Origin: Octopus vulgaris
Lineage: Eukaryota
DNA length: 64,000 nucleotides
Assembly (NCBI GenBank): GCA_951406725.2
Contig: OX597826.1
Location: 57,970,001 to 58,034,000, forward strand
Reading direction: 5' to 3'
Shown: positions 57,784 to 64,000 of the stretch, piece by piece
How positions within the stretch are numbered: position 1 is the stretch's first letter
Layout of the letters: each line of letters begins with the position of its first letter
Translations under genes and position numbers: made by a program
Notes under the pieces: generated by a model
The model's input: the letters and a program-made list of their open reading frames with translations, nothing else
What the model was told of the DNA's origin: nothing
Databases searched by the model: none

Positions 57784-58130
57784 CTGTGTGTGCGCGCGCG
57801 CGTTATTGCAAGTGCCACTTTATTTCTCAGTTTCCAAGTTGCGTGTGTGTATGTGTATGTGAGCTTCTGTGTGTGTGTGTATGTGAGCTTCTGTGTGTGT
57901 GTGTGTGCGATACAAACAAATACAGAGTGGACCCCGTCATTCCACTCGCCGCTCCTTTGCCAACGCTTACACTCACACTCGGCCGAGTGAGGTGACGCGT
58001 CTGCTGTCTCAGACAAGCAAAATCCTCACCAACACCGTGTCATCGTCTCGTTTCTCTTTTACTCCGCACCTTCTTCTTTCCCGCCTCGCCTACTTCTTGG
58101 CTGTCGATGAACATCCTAAGAGCATCCGAC
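50074..58130 (-). promoter_or_regulatory. Probable 5'UTR/promoter zone of the ephrin gene
   Basis: No recognisable SINEs; CpG-containing patches; long CT/GA tract at 51470-52420; trinucleotide-rich block at 55300-56800; candidate minus-strand acceptors (exon starts 50949 and 50183) and a candidate donor GTAAGT near 51429. TSS not determinable. Confidence 0.4.
55300..56800. repeat. Dense trinucleotide block (GGT, GAT, GTT, TAG, ATT, AAC)
   Basis: Directly visible; the minus-strand frames I translated are interrupted by stops or lack ATG. Confidence 0.9.
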
Positions 58131-58143
58131 CACACACACACAA

Positions 58144-58194
<51 letters not shown>

Positions 58195-58308
58195 CACACA
58201 TACACACACGTGCGAACACGTACTCTTTCATACATACGTATGTTGTTCTTCACAGATACATATGTGCGTATACAGACTACTTTTGTTGCTGGATCTTCAT
58301 TATATATC

Positions 58309-58401
<93 letters not shown>

Positions 58402-58619
58402 TTATCTATCTATCCATCTATCTATCCATCCATCCATCCATCCATCCATCCATCCATCCATCCATCTATCTATCTTTCTCTCTATCTATCTATCATATAT
58501 ATTATATATATTTATATATACACACACATGCATGTACACATATGCATGCATATGCCTGTCTTCACAGACATTTATGTGTATATAAATTCTATTTTGTGGT
58601 TGGATCTTCATTACACACA

Positions 58620-58658
<39 letters not shown>

Positions 58659-59186
58659 ATCTACACAAACACAAATATAGATAGATACATACATACATAC
58701 ATACATCCATCCATACATACATACATACATACATACATACATACATACATACATACATACACACATACATAGATATACATGCACACATATGTATCTACAT
58801 ACATATTTCATATGCGCACACATATTTCTACCTGTATGTATGTATAGCTACACTCTATATAATATTCGATATCTATTCCTCGATCTATCTCTGAATCTCT
58901 TTCCTCTTGTCTTCTTTCTTCTCTCTTCTTTGTTTCTCTTTCTTTCTTTCTTTCTTTCTTTCCCTGGCTCTTTCTCTCTATCTCATGCGTGTGTGTGTAT
59001 GCGCGTGTACTTATGCGAGTGTGTGTGTGTGTGTGTGTGTGCGCGCACGCGTATGAGTGCTTGTAGGTGGAAGCATAAAAAAATCCAGTCATGTGAATAT
59101 TCATGTTTATGTTTGCCATTGTTATAAGTCATATATTTAGATAATGCAAGTATGATTATATATGCGTGTATGCATGTACGTATATA

Positions 59187-59239
<53 letters not shown>

Positions 59240-59580
59240 ATGTATGTATATATATATATATACATGTTTGTATGTATGCATGTATATATGTGTGTGTATG
59301 TATATATGTTTGTGTGTATGTATATACCTATGTGCGAGTTTGTATGTATGTATGTATGTTTGCATGTATGTATGTGTGTGTGTGTATGTTATGTATGCAT
59401 GCATGTATGTATGCATGTATGTATGTATGTATGTATATATATACATGTTTGTATGTATGCATGTATATATGTGTGTGTATGTATATATGTTTGTGTGTGT
59501 GTGTATGTATATACCTATGTGCGAGTATGTATGTATGTATGTATGTATGTATACATCTATATACGAGTGTGTATATTCGC
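57320..59580. repeat. Compound TA/TG/TATG/TATC microsatellite field
   Basis: Directly visible. Confidence 0.9.
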
Positions 59581-59940
59581 GCGCGCGAAATGCAGACGAA
59601 ATGAGAAACTGTAATAGTGCGATGTACCATTATTCCTGTTAAATGCCAGTCTGAAGAATTCTCAACCCAGATTTCCCACAGACGGTCAGTCAGAATTTCT
59701 TGTAAAAATAGGTTTACAGCTCTTTTCCTATTCGTTCTGAGTTCTAATCCCGCCGATGTCGTCTTCTTGGAAGTGGTGGCCGGTTGGTAAAATAGGCGCT
59801 AGCCAAATATAGGGGTAAGTTTAAGGGCTGATTTATATTCCTTTATTGGTAAACAGCAGAAATCATACATAGGGCACAAATTTGTTGGTGAAGACTTACA
59901 CTCGTCATAATCGTATCTAGTTTACTTGCTGGACATTTAT

Positions 59941-59995
<55 letters not shown>

Positions 59996-60508
59996 CACAC
60001 TTATACACACACATACACAAACGCACACGCACACATACACACAAATACACGACGCGCGTGGCCAAGTGGTAAGAAGGTTGGACTCGACTCAGCATCATAA
60101 GATCCTGGGTTCGATTCCTGTACCGGATGGTTCTGTCCTTTAGCGAAGCACTATATTTTACATTGCTCCAGTTTACTCAGCTGAATTTAAGCGTCAATTT
60201 AGCGCGGGTACTGCCGTTTACTTCTAGCTGTCACACATACTCGTTGTTCCGTAGGGAGGGTCATGGTTGTGGGAAAGGAGAGAGGATGTCATGTACCTCC
60301 TCTCGACGACATAAACACCTAAAACAACAAGTGAAGGAATGGTACATGCTATCAGGTCATATTCGCTTGCGACTGACGCTGTATCTGCAACCGAGGAGGC
60401 AAAAACACACTGAAACACTGTGTCTGGTACATATAAAGTGTGTAGAGAATATAATATGAGTGCTTGTAAGTGGAAGCATAAAAAAATCCAGTCATGTGAA
60501 CATATATA

Positions 60509-60948
60509 CAGGAGTGGCTGTGTGGTAAGTAGCTTGCTTACCAACCACACAGTTCCGGGTTCAGTCCCACGCAGTGGGACCTTGGGCAAGTGTCTTCTAC
60601 TATAGCCTCGGGCCGACCAAAGCCTTGTGAGTGGATTTGGTAGACGGAAACTGAAAGAAGCCCATCGTATATATATATATGTATATATATGTGTGTGTGT
60701 TTATGTGTCTGTGTTTGTCTCCCCAACATCGCTTGACAACCGATGCTGGTGTGTTTATGTCCCCGTCACTTAGCGGTTCGGCAAAAGAGACCGATAGAAT
60801 AAGTACTAGGCTTACAAAGAATAAGTCCTGGGGTCGATTTGCTCGACTAAAAGGCGGTGCTCCAGCATGGCCGCAGTCAAATGACTGAAACAAGTAAAAG
60901 AGAGAAAGAGAAAAGATATATATATATATAAACTGAAAGAAACCCGTC

Positions 60949-61027
<79 letters not shown>

Positions 61028-61102
61028 CGTGTATGTTTGTGTGTCTGTGTTTGTCCCCCAACATCGCTTGACAACCGATGCTGGTGTGTTTACGTCTCCG
61101 TT
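60509..61102 (+). mobile_element. SINE family 3 plus tandem partial duplicate of its interior (60931-61102)
   Basis: Full copy 60509-60900, then AAACTGAAAGAA...GTGTTTACGTC repeated. Confidence 0.85.
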
Positions 61103-61624
61103 ATATATATATATATATATGTATATACTAGACATAAGCTTCAGAAATTACATAAAATAAATATTCACTCTACCACACTTGAAAGGTACCTTTTAAAACT
61201 CTTTATCTCGATTTGAATATACCTGAAGGTATTTAGAATGCCCAAACTTATTTCTACAAATTTGGTAAGCACTCATGCTGATCATAGTTTAATCAATAAG
61301 CGTAGGAGCGAGGTAAATGCTCTAAAAAATAGGGGTGGGGTTCCGTAGGACCCCATTGAAATGGCCCTTCAGAAACTGAACCTCCTTACGATACTCCCTA
61401 AGAGTTCATGGTATGAAATTCAGTGCCATTGCTCCGATTCGGTCACCAATGCTATGTATTTTGTTTAAAATGCAGTAAAAGTGGGGTCCCAATTAGGTGG
61501 CCCTTAAAAATAAACCCCTTTATGACATTCCCTAGGATTAGGGGAGTTGTTGGTTTGAGTTACGTTTCTATGTTCGTTAATTCCTCTTATGTACAGAGGA
61601 ACATAACTCAGATTTATAATACGA

Positions 61625-61660
<36 letters not shown>

Positions 61661-61687
61661 TGTTAGTATGTATATGTAGAAATATAT

Positions 61688-62055
61688 ACTCTTTTACTTG
61701 TTTCAGTCATTTGACTGCGGCCATGCTGGAGCACCGCCTTTATTCTTTTTGTAAGCCCAGTACTTATTCTATCGGTCTCTTTTTGCCGAACCGCTAAGTG
61801 ACGTGGACGTAAACACACCAGCATCGGTTGTCAACCAATGCTAGGGGGACAATCACACAAACACATACACACACATATATATACATATATACGACAGGCT
61901 TCTTTCAATTTCCGTCTACCAAATCCACTCACAAGGCATTGGTCGGCCCGGGGCTATAGTAGAAGACACTTGCCCAAGATGCCACGCAGTGGGACTGAAC
62001 CCGGAACTATGTGGTTGGTTAGCAAGCTACTTACCACACAGCCACTCCTGCGCCT
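61688..62055 (-). mobile_element. SINE family 3
   Basis: Inverse copy with a small deletion in the tail. Confidence 0.88.
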
Positions 62056-62076
62056 ATATATATATGTTTATATATA

Positions 62077-62171
<95 letters not shown>

Positions 62172-62499
62172 CACACACACTCACACACACATGCACACAC
62201 ATAAAAAGAGAAGAGAGAGAGAGAGAAGTCGTTGCTGTTTAGCCCCAGGTTAGCCCATATGAAGTAAATCTACAGACAAAGTTGTTCCAGCTGTGATCAT
62301 TACAGCTTTTCCTCATCGTACCTAAGTTTTAACGCAAACTTGGCTCTTTGTTCAAGTTGCGAAGTAAACGCAGCGATGTCACTCCTCGTCACACTGTTTC
62401 ATGAAGGTCACTGTTAGTTCTGGTTACGCACGCATCCGTGTACTGTCATTTGTTGACGCGCTACAGGACTAGACCGGGAACTTTTTGATACGACTTCGT

Positions 62500-62918
62500 A
62501 CATTTTGTCTTATGAAGAAAGGCTGAAGACGCTCGACCTTTATTCTCTAGAAAAACGACGACGCCGTGGTGATCCCATTCTTGCTCACAACATCATAAGC
62601 GGAAAGTGTAACCTCTCGAAAGAGCTGTTCTTCACTCCTGCTCCAGAGCGTCGGCTGCGGGGTCATTCCGAAAAGCTCTATCTGCGACGATTTCATCTCA
62701 ATCGAAGGAGAGGGGTTTTCTCCGTCCGGGTTGCGGATCCGTGGAATAAGCTGCCGGACGAGATGGTGAAGATGCCGACGACCGCTCGGTTCAAAGTCTC
62801 CCTTGACCACAAGTGGCCTGAACTCTTTACATGAACACCACCCTGTACATTACTCCATGTCCCCCTACACGGCCTTGGTTTTTGCTTTTTGAGCCAAAAA
62901 ATTAACTAACTAACTAAC
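62500..62918 (+). mobile_element. 5'-truncated CR1-like LINE: ORF2 C-terminus and 3'UTR
   Basis: LSYEERLKTLDLYSLEKRRRRGD...RGHSEKL...FSVRVADPWNKLP is the typical CR1-clade ORF2 tail; stop at 62834; (AACT)n tail at ~62903-62918. Confidence 0.9.
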
Positions 62919-63247
62919 ATCTCTCGTGACTTTATTCAATGCTTCCTTCTTTCTTTCCTTTTTTAAAATTTGGTTCTATAAAACAAGCAGGTGTAGTTTG
63001 AAAGGTGTGTGGTTACTATTTCTGACAAGACGACGGGCCGCGAATAGCAGAGATGAGGAAACATTTTTTATAGCAGGTTCTAATTGTGAATATATCTCTC
63101 CTAGCGAAAGCACACTTGTAGCATAGCCAGGGACACATCCCGAAGACAAACCCTTCTGTCTCAGGTCAGAAGTTAATTGTGTCCTTCGGCCCAAGTTGCT
63201 GACTCTCCACAACGATCAAATAAAACTCACCATAGAGTACTGCTTCT

Positions 63248-63375
<128 letters not shown>

Positions 63376-63857
63376 AGAGAGAGTGAGAGAGAGAGAGAGA
63401 TGACGTGTAAAATTCTCGCAAATTTTAAATACTAATATTTTTTTAATTATAGATTTCTAGAAAAAATGAAGTTCATTTTCATAATTAGTATAATCAGTAT
63501 ACAAAACTTTAATCTATATACCAAATTTGAAAACAATTGGAACAAAATTGTAAAGTGATGCAAACCGCAAAGATCTCATTCTTATTCCACCAAGGGAAGT
63601 CTACATCAAGCATCTGACATTTTGGTAGAAGGTGACAAGTCGATAACATTGACCCCATTACTTGACTGGTACATATTTTTATCAAACCCGAGAAGATGAA
63701 AAGCAAAGTAGTCCTCGGTGGCATTTGGATTCAGAGCGTAAGGGCTGACAAAATCCCACTAAGCAAGCATTCTGCTTCACGCCCCGACGTTTCTGCCAGT
63801 TTTCTGCCTTGCTGCGCTGAGAAATATATTGAAAATGTGTAGTTATATATGTAAATA

Positions 63858-64000
63858 TGGAGGCGCAATGGCCCAGTGAATTAGGGCAGCGGACTCGCAG
63901 TCGTAGGATCGCGGTTTCGATTCCCGGACCGGGCGTTGTGTGTGTTTATAGAGCGAAAACACCTAAAAGCTCCACGAAGCTCCAGCAGGGGGTGCTGATT
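63858..64000 (+). mobile_element. Family 1 SINE, cut by window end
   Basis: Head matches 6517-6660. Confidence 0.85.

Overview
Eukaryotic, AT-rich window saturated with microsatellites and SINEs. The SINE families suggest an octopus (inference). Nearly all ORFs in the supplied track are microsatellite or SINE artefacts. The one host coding feature I can support is a minus-strand first coding exon of an ephrin-family gene (50073-49853): signal peptide, HTLYWNKTN motif, and a phase-2 GTAAGT donor at the position conserved in ephrins. I found no exon 2, so 1-49852 is probably part of one very large first intron, and ~49.7-59.6 kb is a SINE-free probable 5'UTR/promoter zone. Repeats include three tRNA-headed SINE families (several with target-site duplications), hAT and Tc1/mariner MITEs, a TTAGGG-containing TIR element, and CR1-like and Tx1-like LINE 3' fragments. 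The most notable signal is eight minimal hammerhead-ribozyme motifs, seven carried by ~200-bp non-coding elements whose 3' ends abut (TA)n or TA-rich tracts, resembling Penelope/retrozyme derivatives. No database search or folding program was run; all calls come from reading the sequence.
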